Below, one piece after another: positions 10,271 to 22,485 of a stretch of DNA of 64,000 nucleotides. The stretch is from positions 42,594,001-42,658,000 of the forward strand of contig CM068743.1 of assembly GCA_035084275.1 (NCBI GenBank). The letters are read 5' to 3'. Every line of letters starts with the position of its first letter. The stretch's first letter is position 1. The notes below the pieces were generated by a model, which worked only from the letters and a program-made list of their open reading frames with translations, had not been told where the DNA came from and did not search any database. This stretch comes from Hydrolagus colliei. Lineage: Eukaryota. Position numbers and translations under genes: made by a program.

Positions 10271-13200
10271 ACGGATATTGTTTCCATAGTCAATTGAAAA
10301 AAGAGTAATGGTGGCTTAACCTCTGTTGATAGCTGTCTGTGGTATCTTGCCATTAGTATGAAACACTGGTCTCAGATAGTTTAAAATACCAAAATAGATT
10401 GTTGTCTTCATCTAGAAATGTGAAATTTTTTTGGAGGGGAAAAAGTTGAAGTTTTATAACAGGATGGATGTCTTAAGTATCATATGAAACCTGGTGTGAA
10501 ACATCAGTATTAATTATCGACTGTTTTTGTTGGGTGAGACGTCGGATAACTCAAGTGGTATTCTGAAGAGCAGGACTCACACACCGAGATAGAGATTACG
10601 GTAATGAAAAGTATTCTTGGCATATTGGAAGTTCCTCCAATGTGATAGAGGAAAAAAGTAATTTTAATTCCAGCTGAGAGCTGTGGCATATAAAAAAAAT
10701 TTGATACCACTATTCTCTGAACTATCCCCTCTGACTTTTACCAGCAAATTGTATATATACCTAATGGGTTAGATGAATAAAAGTAAAAGTTGTCACCTAT
10801 AGGACTGAGAGACCAAATTTTACAATCCAGCATAAGAAGAGAAGGAAAGAGAGGAGAGTGAATGTGTCTACTATAGAGCCTTTCTTAACTCAGACAACTG
10901 CTTTCAGTTGATTAACTGAATTGCTAGAGGCTCTGTGTGCGAATCTCAAATTGCATCCTGAATAAAGTGGAAAAATTCAATCAGAAACACATATATAGCA
11001 TTTATTAAACAATAATAAACACATTTGATAGACTGATGACTTATTTTGCTGGAAGCCAGCACAAGCAGGAGGTGCTTTAATATGTTAAATAATAAAAAAA
11101 AACCTTGAGGCTTCATTAAATCCAAGTCTATGTATACTATATTATCTGAAGAACATGGATATGAATGGACCTAACCAAGGTTCATCAGAATACCTTGCAC
11201 ACCCTTATTGATAGATAAGCTTCAGGGGAAACCGTCAATTACATATTCAGGAAATGCATCAAGCCTTTAGAAGAAACAAACAACATTTTTTCATATAATT
11301 TAGAACCAAGCATTCTTAAAAGATTACAAGGAACTAGAAATGCAAGGTACTGATAAAGTAACAAATGATCAGTCAAAGACTGGAATCCAGATGCTAAATG
11401 CTGGACATTGAGAGAATTATAAGATGGGCGATCAGCCATTATTCAATGTCTAAAAGCCATAGTGAAATAGGAAGAACAAAACAAACAATTTATTCTTGTA
11501 TACAGCACCTTTCATGTTGGGGGACATGTTAAAGTGTTTAGCAGAGTAGCAGAGAAGTTAATACCTCACATGAACTCTGTTATATAAATGCAAGTTCTTG
11601 TTAATAAAAACTACTCTACATCATACTGAATAAAAGCAATGAGAACGGGCTACTTTAGAATTGTGAGGTAAATGTCTGACTGAAATAATCCTGTTGTAGA
11701 CCCTCTGTCTGTATGTGTGTCATTTACTTGAACTTCAATTACGATTTAAGAAATAGAGCAATAGCTTTAAAAATACAGTACTTGTATAAGTTACAATTAG
11801 TGGGATACAAACTTATCATTGGAAACCATGTTGCAAATATACTTTTAGTAAATAGAAGATTGTGAACTTTAAACATCAGGCTGTGGACAAAAGATCACAC
11901 AGCTTGTTAATGAAGGAACCAAGGCATTTAATTTATATTCTCTTTGATTAAGAAGATTAAAATAAGATCCAACATAAAATGCACTTCATACTTTTAATGA
12001 ATTTTTAATCATGAATATTTCATCAAGTCGGCATATGTCATTACATATTTTATCCATGCTTCTTAATGTAATAGGATTTCCTGGCATGAAAGCATAGAAT
12101 ATTGTGGACCCAATCATGTTTTTATTAGAATGTTTTTAAGAATAGCTGAGAAATGCACAGTGACCACATTCTGTCATGCTGTTCTCCACGGTTGTCAACG
12201 TTGACCTAGTCTATCTCTGAGTTAAGTGTAAGAAATACACCACAATTCCACTTTTGTGTTTAGGACTTTGGGAGTTTTCAAACCATATGACTGAGCACAC
12301 CATCCATTGCCAAAATTGCCAAGCCTTGGTCAATGAAAGATGAAGCACTACATCCTATTTCAGCAACACTTTGATATTGTATACTATTTAATCTTTTGTT
12401 TTCATGTATCCGGCTTCTTATCCAACTTCATTCAATGATGAGTAAATGCAGGAGAGAATCGCTGTTGGAGCTTGCGGTCACCGGGAATTTAACCATGGAT
12501 AGAGTAAACACGGATATGTGAGACAAAAAAATCCAACAACTAAGGAATATTCCAAAACAGGTTACTCTATATTTAGATCAGTTTAAATAATACAGAAAGG
12601 AAATATATCCTTTGGAGAACAAAGTAAAATAGCCGGAAAATAAATATTTCCCAGAAGCAGAAAGGTTGAATAAGGTTCGGTCAGCCTCAAGCATATCAAT
12701 TAGCTTGAAAGATAGCACAACAAAATGTTTTTTTTAATGCAAACCATACTAGTGTTGGCAATAACAATCATCATAATGAAATAATTAACATTTATAAAAT
12801 CATATTGCCAATCGCTGCAAAATGCATAGAATGTATTTTTTTATTTATTAGTGAAATATTTAGTGTTAAAGGTAAGCTGATTTTTTGTAGTAATAATACT
12901 TGGTATAATGTCTTATCATATCGGAAGGACATCTCAAAGTGTGTCACAGAGTATATTGTAAAGTGAATTCAATGACCAAATTATATTTTGAAGGAATTAT
13001 CACCCCCACGAAAGCGATCAGTCAAACCACTAACAATCTGGTTCCTACATATTGCTAGGTAGACAGAGGCATGTGAGTAAGCACATAAGAGTAAGCATTA
13101 AAAGTGTAAGCAAATCATTGCAATTTTGCCAGTAATTGTCAGTATTAATCAGAATTAAGTCCCCAATGCTGTGGTGGAACCCTACTCCTGACATCACTGG

Positions 13201-14134
13201 GGTTAGATTGCTTCAGAAGCACTTTGATTTGTTCAATTCCATTTTCAACATAGTAATGGATAGAAATTCTGCTCCCTCAAGAAGGTTCCTGAGTGCTCCA
13301 ATGAAAAGTCCACATGTTTAACAGAGGCATTTTCATTAATGTCAGAAGATTCTGTTGTGCAACTGCTGAGTAAATAACATTCTCATTTTGATAAGCACAA
13401 AATCTCAAAACTACTGGGATACATTTCAAGGACATTCAAGGGCTATAAACTAAACATGTCATTTTAAGTGTCAATAGCTCTGCTAAAAATTGGAATGTAT
13501 TGCACGTTTTATGTATCTTGCCTTTATTAGAAGAACATATTCTGTATTTTTTAGATCTTTTTAGAAGTGGAAAGGAAATATTCCTGTCAGTAGGAGAAAC
13601 AAGGCATTGGCAGACAACTATGGCTGATTTATTTTGGTCATAAATACAAGTGAAATCCATCACCATGAGTAACAATATCCAAACCTACCTAAGGAAACAT
13701 GCATACTGTCTTCCCAGAAATACATACCCTACTTGTTTAATTTCAGACAATATTGACCACAAGTTGACAATAGTCTTGGGTATCTTAAGAGTGCATCTTG
13801 GGGGTACTGTTGGAGTTAATCCAGCTCACTGTATAATTTTCCAATGTGAGCACTGCTTAGCAAGTTTCCCGAAGCTTGTTCATATAGGATCACCCTAAAC
13901 AGAAGCATTTTTCACTTGTGGGGAATAGAAGGAGCTGAGCAGAAAGAATGTCTCCCCGTGACTGGCCTGTGCCTCCAAGACCTGTCGATGAGCAAAGCTA
14001 GGTAATCTATCATTTCCAATCCCACAGAGTACTATGGATCAACCTGGCCCAGGAGCAGGACAACTACGATAGAACAAAAGACCAAGCACGCGGGGTAGTG
14101 CACAGGATCTATTTCTAAGCATGTCAGCTTGGAG

Positions 14135-14410
14135 CCATTTGATATATCACTTGTCACGTTTTCTAGACGTCTCAAAGCATTTCACAGAAAATAGTGTACA
14201 GGGAACTGACTGTATATATTGTGGGTGAAACACGGCAGCCAATTTTGCACAGCAGAGTCCCACAAACATTCCTGATTTGAAATTATAGTTTTGTTTTTAA
14301 TCTTGTGGGATTTTTATCAGGCATGTGGAGTAAGGAAAGTTGACTAAAGTTTCACCTTCCCTGGAATCTAATCCATGTATCTGGCTTGTAAAGCGAGAAC
14401 TCTAGCCACT
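14135..14410 (-). mobile_element. Deu-core SINE, degenerate
   Basis: GGCAGCCAATTTTGCACAGCAGAGTCCCACAAAC and GGAGTAAGGAAAGTTG in reverse orientation. Confidence 0.8.
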
Positions 14411-14414
14411 ATGT

Positions 14415-14739
14415 GGAGCTCCTGTGGCTCAGTGGTTAGAGCACTTGTCTTGCAAGCTGGGGAGACCTGTGATCGAATCCAGGCAGGTCAGGGCGAAACC
14501 TTGGGCAAGTTTCCTTACTCCACACGCCTAATAATAATCCCTCCAAAAAAACACAATAATAAAATTGGTCATTTCAATCCACGACTGTGTGTGGGACACT
14601 GCTGTGCGCAATTGGCTGCCGCGATTCGCCCACAAATATATATACAATCAATTCACTTTACAGTATATTCTGTGAAGCGCTTTGGGACGTCGATAAGATG
14701 TGGAAAGCGCTATATGAAATGCAAGGATTATTATTATTA
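14415..14739 (+). mobile_element. Full-length tRNA-derived Deu-core SINE (SINE2-1_CM-like)
   Basis: A box TGGCTCAGTGG (14425), B box GATCGAATCC (14471), core GTGGGACACTGCTGTGCGCAATTGGCTGCCGCG, L2-like stem-loop and (ATT)n tail. Confidence 0.92.
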
Positions 14740-14748
14740 CTATCTCTC

Positions 14749-15004
14749 TTGCTGGGTCCAGGCTAAAAAGGGTGAAGTGAGTGCTCCCAAGCCATATGAC
14801 TGGCCCCACGTTAGTTTATTGTTAGAGTGGGGGAATGTGAGCAGGAATGTGAGCAAGTGGGTCTGTAAAAGGGAATGAGCTCAGGTGTCTGCACTTCTCT
14901 GTGGGCTGTTCTGTTCTTTTTCTTTGTTTCCCCACCTTAGAATAAACCAATGTTGGGGTGAGGGTCTCCAAATGTGTCTTCAGTGTGGTTGGAAACATGC
15001 TACA
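14749..15004 (+). mobile_element. Possible solo LTR
   Basis: TG...CTACA ends, TATA-like TGTAAAAG, AATAAA at 14941, short internal repeat GGAATGTGAGCA x2; no TSD found. Confidence 0.3.
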
Positions 15005-16114
15005 ATATGGAATAATTTTATATTTATTAATGCCATTAATAATGGCCTAGCTGGTTGTGGCTAGGTGATGACTCTGGCTGATTAATTTTGGAGTGAACAA
15101 AAGGGGTAGACTTTTCCACCTGGATCCAGATTGATTCTCCTTACAGATTGATTTCAGAGTAACCAGAATTTGACAATTTCTTAAATATATACTTAATCTT
15201 GATGTTGATTTTCTTTAAGCTCTTTTAACTACAGACAAAACAGCAGTAAAGATGAAATACAACTATTTGCCAAAATGCCAGATGATCTGAAAACTAATTT
15301 AGCAGAGAAAATCTAGTAGAATGTAGATAAGAGCAATACATATCAATTTGAATAAATGGAGCTAAATCCTGGTGAACCTCTAGCAATTTTGGCGACTCAT
15401 GGAATTTCGTATTAAAATCAGACATCACCAAAGTCACTGCGCAGTATATTCACTGGAAGTTTTGCGCAATGTTGATTCCAATTTTGACAAGGCATGGAGA
15501 TATGCCAACAAAAGCAAACAGCCATGTATGAATACAGTAGGATTTTTCACTATATTTCTTATTTAATACTGAGTGATTAGAAGAAATACAAACTGTCTTG
15601 CAGGAACTAGTTTGGATATAGGGTTAAGTATAGGGTTGCCGTTGGTTAAATATTCCATAAATTATTGCGGGTTACGTCTTGTGTGAACTGTAGGGAGTGC
15701 TAACTATGGAACACAGGCTCAATAAAGTAGATTGCTGTATATTATCATGAATGATATCTTCAAGCTTTTGCTCATTGACCTTTGGGGTTATGAAATAACC
15801 AATTAAATTTTCTGCTCTTAGGCATTTTCTGGGTGAATTTCATTCCCTCTGAGCAAGACTCAATGTCAATAAGTGGAGTTTCATCATGCCTAAAGGAAAA
15901 GAGTATCTTCGTAAATTGTTATCACTTTCTACACAGTACCTTTCTTATGGTTTAACGTTCACAGTGTTTGATTGTTGGCAAACCAAAATAATTTCAATGT
16001 TTAGAAATTAGTATCAAAACTTAATCCATGACAAAGTGATTTTGACTCACCAATATGGTTCAACTTCATGCAGTAAAATTGTGTCTGAAATGATTTTTGG
16101 CATCAGCAATATTA

Positions 16115-16520
16115 GTAATAATCCTTGTATTAGATATAGCACCTAATGACTTCATTGAGAAATCTCAAAGTGCTTCATAGAATGTACTCCAAAGTGAAAT
16201 GACTGTATTTTGTAGGTGAAAGACAGCAGCCAATTTTGCACAATAGTTTCCCACAAATTGCTGTGGATTGAGTGACTGATTTGTTTTGAGGGATTATTAC
16301 CCCTGGAAAGTGATCTGCCAATCAATTTAACAACGACAAAAAACAACAAAGAACATAGGTATACCGTCTTACATAGGAGAACCTCCCAAGCTACTGGACA
16401 GATAGAGGTTTAACAACTGGGTTTCCATTTATTGCTAGGAAAACAGAGGCAAATCAAGTAAGGAAACTTGCCGAAGGTTTTCCCTGCCCGGGAATCAAAC
16501 CCAGGTCTACTTGCTTGTGA
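16115..16520 (-). mobile_element. Deu-core SINE, older long form
   Basis: Reverse tail TAATAATCCTTG, Deu core, GTAAGGAAACTTGCC, B-box region GGGAATCAAACCC. Confidence 0.75.
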
Positions 16521-16616
16521 TAATGTCTAACCTTTGTCATTTTTAAACATGTCAGAAAGAGTTGTTCTCTGTGATAGAACAAAATGCAATATTGGGTGAG
16601 TTGTGTATCACTTTAC

Positions 16617-16975
16617 ATAATAATAATAATAATAATCCTTGCATTTGATATAGCGCTTTCCACATCTTATCAACGTCCCAAAGCGCTTCACAGAATATAC
16701 AGTAAAGTGAATTGACTGTATATATTTGTGGGCGAATCGCGGCAGCCAATTGCGCACAGCAGGGTCCCACACACAATTGTGGATTGAAGTGACCAATTTT
16801 ATTATTGTGTTTTTTTTGGAGGGATTATTATTAGGCGTGTGGAGTAAGGAAACTTGCCCAAGGTTTCGCCCTGACCTGCCTGGATTCGAACACGGCTTGG
16901 TCAACACAGGTCTCCCCAGCTTGGTCTCCCCAGCTTGGAAGACAAGTGCTCTAACCACTGAGCCACAGGAGCTCC
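16617..16975 (-). mobile_element. Full-length young SINE with duplications in the tRNA head
   Basis: Near-identical to the 14415 copy in reverse; GGTCTCCCCAGCTT tandem duplication between the A and B boxes. Confidence 0.93.
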
Positions 16976-17339
16976 ACACCATAATGAATCAGCTCAGAAT
17001 TCAATTTGAATGATAAACTTATCAGGTCTTTGAAAGATTTGGATAAAAGACGCAACCATTATTCTTCCATCAGCAATGGACAGAAGATATTTGAGGCATT
17101 TTCCTTCAGTCATCAAAATATCACCATTTAATCACATTTTTGCCACCTGTATTGATTAAAATGAATGGTACTTATTTTCTTCTTGTTTATTTTCTCAAGT
17201 TAAGTTTGAAGATTTTTACTGAGTTGAACATGGTAAAATATTTATCTCCCTTCCTGGGTCATTTGCAGTGCTCCAAAGGGTAGAGATTATGATATTAGTA
17301 CAGTGGAAAATTGAACTGTTTTTGCCAATAGAGTGACAG

Positions 17340-17625
17340 ATCAAGGACGTTTTGTGCTATGAGTCTATGATTCAATGTATGGGCAGTATTTTGTTTGAGA
17401 TTGGGATAGAGGCAGACAAGATGGTAAAGGTGAAAAAAGGAACCTTGGTTATGAACATGAAGAAGTAAAGAGAGTCGCAAAGGTTGTACACTAAATGTAA
17501 AGGTTGTACATTGGACTTGTGAGTCAATGTAGTTGAGGAGATCAGATCCAGAGTGAGAATGAGATTGATGGCTTCCATCTTTTCCATATTAAACTACAAA
17601 AAATTTGAGGCTCATCCAGTCTTTG
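17340..17625 (-). mobile_element. Old L2 RT relic
   Basis: Minus strand reads DWMS..F...NMEKMEAI, like L2 WMxxNFLQLNxxKTEA. Confidence 0.5.
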
Positions 17626-17678
17626 TTGTCAACACATTTCAATGCTTCCACTACTTCCCAGATATCCTGTCTATACTA

Positions 17679-17852
17679 CTAATAATAATCCTTGTATTTG
17701 ATATAGCGGTTTTCACGTCTTGTCGATGTTTCAAAGTGAATCACAGAATATACTATAAAGTGAATTGACTGTTTATTTTGTAGGCGAAACGTGGCAGCCA
17801 ATTGCGCACAGCAATGTCCCACAAACAGTCATGGATTGAAATGACGAATTTT
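17679..17852 (-). mobile_element. Deu-core SINE, 5'-truncated
   Basis: TAATAATAATCCTTG tail through GGCAGCCAATTGCGCACAGCA. Confidence 0.85.
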
Positions 17853-18396
17853 GCCTATAGGGTAGATGGGCATTCAAGGAGTTGAAGTGTAGTGTAATGG
17901 AAAGATGAACTCAACAGGGTCGTATATGTAGCAATGGATAAAGTTAAGATCACATTTTGAAATTGCATCACAGAAATTGATAACTTTGCATTCCTTTTTC
18001 TAAGAGGAAGAATATATGCACCTTGCAACAGTGTTGAGGGGAAATGTTCATGTCTTGTACAGAAAATCACAATGGCAGAGGTCATAGCTAATCCCAATTC
18101 AGGAGGGCAAGGAGGAGCTTAAGGTTGCCTCGAGGTACAGAACATGAAGTACAATGTTACTAATCAACATTTAATGGGAAGTCATTAAGTTGTGCTTTAA
18201 CTGCATCATGAATTTCAAACAAGTAAGTCTGTTTTGTTAATGAAGGTTGATCATGTGCTTTCTGTTTGTTCCTTTCAACTTCCCGGCTCTCACCAATTCA
18301 TGTTCAACCTATCCCCAGTCCGTAAGGAACAGCAAAAACAGCAGAAAGGGAAACCTAGAGGAAAGATTGCTCTTAACACCCTTCTCATCTCAGAGT

Positions 18397-18720
18397 GGAG
18401 TCCTGTAGCTCAGTGGTAAGAACGCTCTTCTTACAAACATGAGACTTATGTTCGAATCCAGGCAGGTCAGGGTGAAACCTTGGGCAAGTTTCCTTACTCG
18501 ACATGCCTAATAATAATCCCTCAAAAAACCCCACAATAATAAAATTGGTCATTTCAATCCACGACTGTTTGTGGGACACTGCTATGTGCAATTGGCTACT
18601 GCGTTTCGCCCACAAATATACAGTCAATTTGCTTTACAGTACATTCTGTGAAGCACGTTGAGACGCCTAGAAGATGTGAAAAGCGCTGTATCAAAGTGCA
18701 AGGATTATTATTATTATTAT
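18397..18720 (+). mobile_element. Full-length Deu-core SINE
   Basis: TAGCTCAGTGG A box, GTTCGAATCC B box, Deu core, (ATT)n tail. Confidence 0.92.
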
Positions 18721-19199
18721 TTTTATTATCATAAAAGGTTCCACTCAAGAATCCAACACAGCAGCAAGTGGTACAACAGTACAGCACCAGATCAAGGCAC
18801 CACTGATGGACAGGTAGATGATGGGACCACCAAGCATAACAGAGGTCGACACTGTAAAAGGCCATTTAACCCATTTCTTTGAAAAATGAGAAGTGCCACT
18901 TGAGACAAATTCATCCAATATTGCCTCCTATTCCCCCACCAAATAGTTGAAATGACTATTTTGCACATCTACCTACATATTACATCAAATATTTGCTTAC
19001 AAAATTACACCACCAATCTAATATATGTCATGTGTTTCTGCATTGCTGTTATTATCAAAATTATGGGCCAAAGTGCATAAAATTGTGACCCAAATTTCTG
19101 GCCAAATAGAGTTCAGGCTCAGCCTTACGATAGATGATGGGGTCAAACAAATGCAAAGCTAGAGAGAAAAAAAACTAATCGCAATATAAATATTGGTCA

Positions 19200-19470
19200 C
19201 ATTGTGAAGTGATTATGTATTAATAAATGAACCCAGCAGCAAATTTGTGCACAATATCCCACAACAGCCAAGAATTGAGTGACATATTATTTGGGGAATT
19301 GTTCGCCAGGATCCAGGAAGAGACTCACTATCTTCTCTTTTCAATTGGGCTGTAGGATATGTAAAATCCACCTGAACAGTCTGAGGAGCTTCCCTTTAAC
19401 GGCTCATCCAAAAAGACAACACCTTCAACAATGCAACACCCCTCCCGCACTGACTGCATTAGACTGTGCA
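19200..19470 (-). mobile_element. Ancient DeuSINE (SacSINE1/AmnSINE-like) fragment
   Basis: GCAGCAAATTTGTGCACAATATCCCACAAC and TTTAACGGCTCATCCAAAAGACAACACCTTCAACAATGCAACAC in reverse; similar relics at 31900-32120 and 54180-54480; probable tRNA head at 20265-20335. Confidence 0.55.
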
Positions 19471-19645
19471 TTCAAAGCATGGCAAAAGATTGGCTGAAAT
19501 CTAAAGAAATGCAACAGTAAATGCAATACAATTTACAATTATATAATACTTTTATGACGGAAAACTTCCACCTAAAATATCCATCTGAACAGGCAGGCAT
19601 GACCTTAGTTTATGTCTCATCCGATAGCACTTGTAAAAGGCAGTA

Positions 19646-20228
19646 CAGGTATCCCTCCCAAACCGCAGGGGATACGTTCCTGAAAACCTCCGCGGTTAGT
19701 AAAACAGGGCCCGATGGGAAACATGGGGATAGGGGTGGTATGTTTGCTTTGTTGTGGTTGGAAAATGCAGGGCCCTATGGGAAACATGGGTGATAAGGGT
19801 AGTAAGTTTGGGAGCATTGGCTGCCAGGATCTGTAGCAATCTGCGAGGCTGTCTGACTGACTTACACACAGACACAGAGAGAGAGAGAAATCAATGGAGA
19901 AGGTGGGGTGGTGGGTGACACGGAGGGGGGGGGGGTGGATTTGGAGTAGGTGATGTGGTGGGTGGGATGCGGAGAAGCAACAATAAATTAAAGTTATTTA
20001 TCTTAATCCTAAAGAGAAACGACATTGTCGCTGGGTCCTATCACTGAAAGCTAACGCGAAGCGACTTCGTGGCAAGTGAGTCCTAGCGCCAAAGCTAGTG
20101 TTAGTGTTAAAACCCATGGATAAGCAAGGGTTAAGCAATAACCATTGCCAAGGTTAGCAAGGGTTGTCACAATGAGTCAACCGTTGGATAAGTGAATTTA
20201 GCAGGAGAAAAAACCACGGTTGGGGCAC
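19646..20228. mobile_element. Tigger/pogo-like MITE (same family as 49579), right end decayed
   Basis: TA|CAGGTATCCCTCCCAAACCGCAGGGGATAC; extensive internal similarity to 49579-50467. Confidence 0.8.
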
Positions 20229-21817
20229 TGAATTGGACTATCCCCCCAGACAACATGAGCTCAAAGTCCCATGCTGGGACTGGAACCCACAACATTCTGA
20301 CTCAGATGTAAGAATTCTAGGAACCGAGATAGACTGACAGACAAAAGGGTGTAGATATTTCACCTGAGTCTAGATTTATGTAGTTTATTCAGCACACAGA
20401 ATCTAGCAAATTCTGAAATAATTTTAATCTTGTAACCAATGAAAGGTATATAAGACCATCAAAAAAAGCCTCTTCAAAACTAAGATTGATTAAAATCATT
20501 TGCCAATTTCTGTGTGATCTAAGCTATAATATAATAAATCTAGAATCCCTGTATTAGACAAAGTGGCATATCATGTACTTAACAATCATTGAGCAACATT
20601 GTGACGACAAAAAATTGCAAATGAAATAACAAGAATATAGAAGTAAAAACAACAACAGCTTGCATTCATCTAGAACTTTTCATGCGATGTAGCTTCGATG
20701 AGTGCATGACAGTGGTGGAGGCTGATCCGTGACAGGGGGAGAGGAAGGGGGAATGTAAGCAGAACCATGATCAATAAGGAACGTCTTTAGGTAGGAATGG
20801 AGGTCTTCAGGCGAGACAATTTCATAAGTAAGTAATATACATAGTTATAACCCTATGTGGACTATTCCACTCAAGATATTAAGCTTAGTGTTCTTCAGTC
20901 TCAATACATGTTGAAGGATAATTACAGAATACACTTGATGATAGTCAGCCTTAGGCACTTACATTTGCTGAATATTATTGGACACATCATCTAAAGTATT
21001 TCCTTGCAATGATGTATTATATAAAACATGGAGCAGTAGTTATTAAAAGTGATCAAGAAAGCAAATAGGGTTTTGAGATTTATTAAGCGAATGTTGGATT
21101 ATAACAAGGGAAAACATAGTGGAATTGTACAATATGTTTGATCCTATGTACTGGACCAGTACCTATTTATTGAGAATATTTGGGTATGATAGAAGGACAA
21201 GATCAAATGGGCCAAATAACTCTCTGAGTCCAGATCTCTCTTGTGATGTGATGCTGATGTACAGACAAGGGAGGTGACATCACTGCTGTAAGGCTGACCA
21301 AGATATATTTTTCATTGAAGATGTAAAGGCAGCAGATATACCAAGCTTATCACTGATGATTTTGGAATCCTCCTACTCCCATGGATGCAACGTATTTTGA
21401 CAAAAACAATGTTAATGTCTGTCTGTCTATCTGTCTGTCTGTCTGTTGTGCCCATGAGGAAAGAGTAAAGCAGAAGGCTAGCAGATAGCTGAAAAAAGGA
21501 TCATCGATATTCCCTCTATGCCTTGTTTCTAAGTGCAATACTGTATTTGTATATTTTTATGTAATTACTGCACAGGAACTGAACTGAAAACTTGAATACA
21601 TTTTCAACGAATTGTCTTCAACCCACTGAACAATTACCAGCTGCTCAGAATTCTCTCAACCAATTTGATTGCCATGACTGCTGGAATACTATATCAACAA
21701 TTATTTGGAGCTATGGATACCCTCTGCAATTAGTTTACATGAACATGTGTTAAAAAGAGCAATCATAAATCAAGGCATTTTATTGCCTCAGCCACGCTTT
21801 CACAAACTCTGTTGAAA

Positions 21818-22187
21818 GTAATAATAATAATTCTTGCATTTGATATAGCACCTCATCACAGCTTCTAGATGTCTCAAAGCACTTCACAGAATATGCTGTG
21901 AAGTGAATTTACTTGCATGTTTTGTGGACGCAACGTGGCAGCCAATGGGAAACAACAGAGTCCCACAAACAATCGTCCAATGAACTACCAACTTATTATT
22001 TTTTAAGGAATTATTAGCCCCGAAAAAGTGATTTGCCAATCGACTAATAACCAGCTTCTTAGTTACTGCTATGTAAACAGAGACAAATGGAGTAAGGAAA
22101 CTTACCCAAAATTTTGCGCTAATGAGAATCGAACCAAGGTCTCTCAATTACAAAGCAAGTTGTCTAATCATTGAGCTTCAGGACCCC
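21818..22187 (-). mobile_element. Deu-core SINE, long form
   Basis: Reverse tail, Deu core, extra middle segment (AAAAGTGATTTGCCAATCGACTAATAACCAG...GTAAACAGAGACAAATGG), tRNA head. Confidence 0.85.
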
Positions 22188-22224
22188 AAGTAAGAAACTT
22201 GCCTAAAATTGTATTCACACTATA

Positions 22225-22485
22225 ATGGGAAGGACAGGTTAGCTGGGTTATGAGGAGAGATCCAGGGAATAGGATTGACTTTGAATAGCTCTTTGAGTTG
22301 CTCTTTTCAAAGAGTCAGCACAGATTTGATGGGCTGAATGGCCTCCTTTTGTGCTGAAAAATTCTATGATTCTATGGTTTTGGCCCATCGTGTCTGTTCT
22401 GGTTCCGAAAAGAGCTACTCAACACAATCCCATTAGCCCGCTTCCTCTCTTTAGCCCTGTAATCTTGTCCTTCCCAAATACCCAT
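22225..22485. mobile_element. Two CR1 3' tails in opposite orientation
   Basis: GATGGGCTGAATGGCCTCCTTTTGTGCTG...TTCTATGATTCTATG followed by its reverse-type sequence TTTGGCCCATCG...AAAGAGCTA. Confidence 0.6.

Larger units (their letters stand above)
10500..15520 (+). mobile_element. Probable ancient fragmented L1/Tx1-clade ORF2 (pieces near 10500-10750, 11150-11460, 12250-12710, 15230-15520)
   Basis: Collinear degenerate motifs: YKMGDQP (cf. YExGDK), LTMDRVNTDM (cf. LsxxGRVNxiKM), ILWRTK...QKQKG..FGQP..Y (cf. FIWxxK...KxxGGLGLP..Y), DDLKTNLAEKI* and TSPKSLRSIFTGSFAQC* (cf. TPxxLxxif...CW). Interrupted by younger repeats. Confidence 0.45.

Noticed and set aside
14415-14490. tRNA gene
   Set aside because: The A and B boxes belong to a SINE head that continues into the Deu core and tail; there is no complete cloverleaf or terminator. 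The same holds for the other copies.
15960-15990. CACAGTG plus 12 bp as a V(D)J recombination signal
   Set aside because: The nonamer match is poor (CAAACCAAA) and no V, D or J segment is adjacent.
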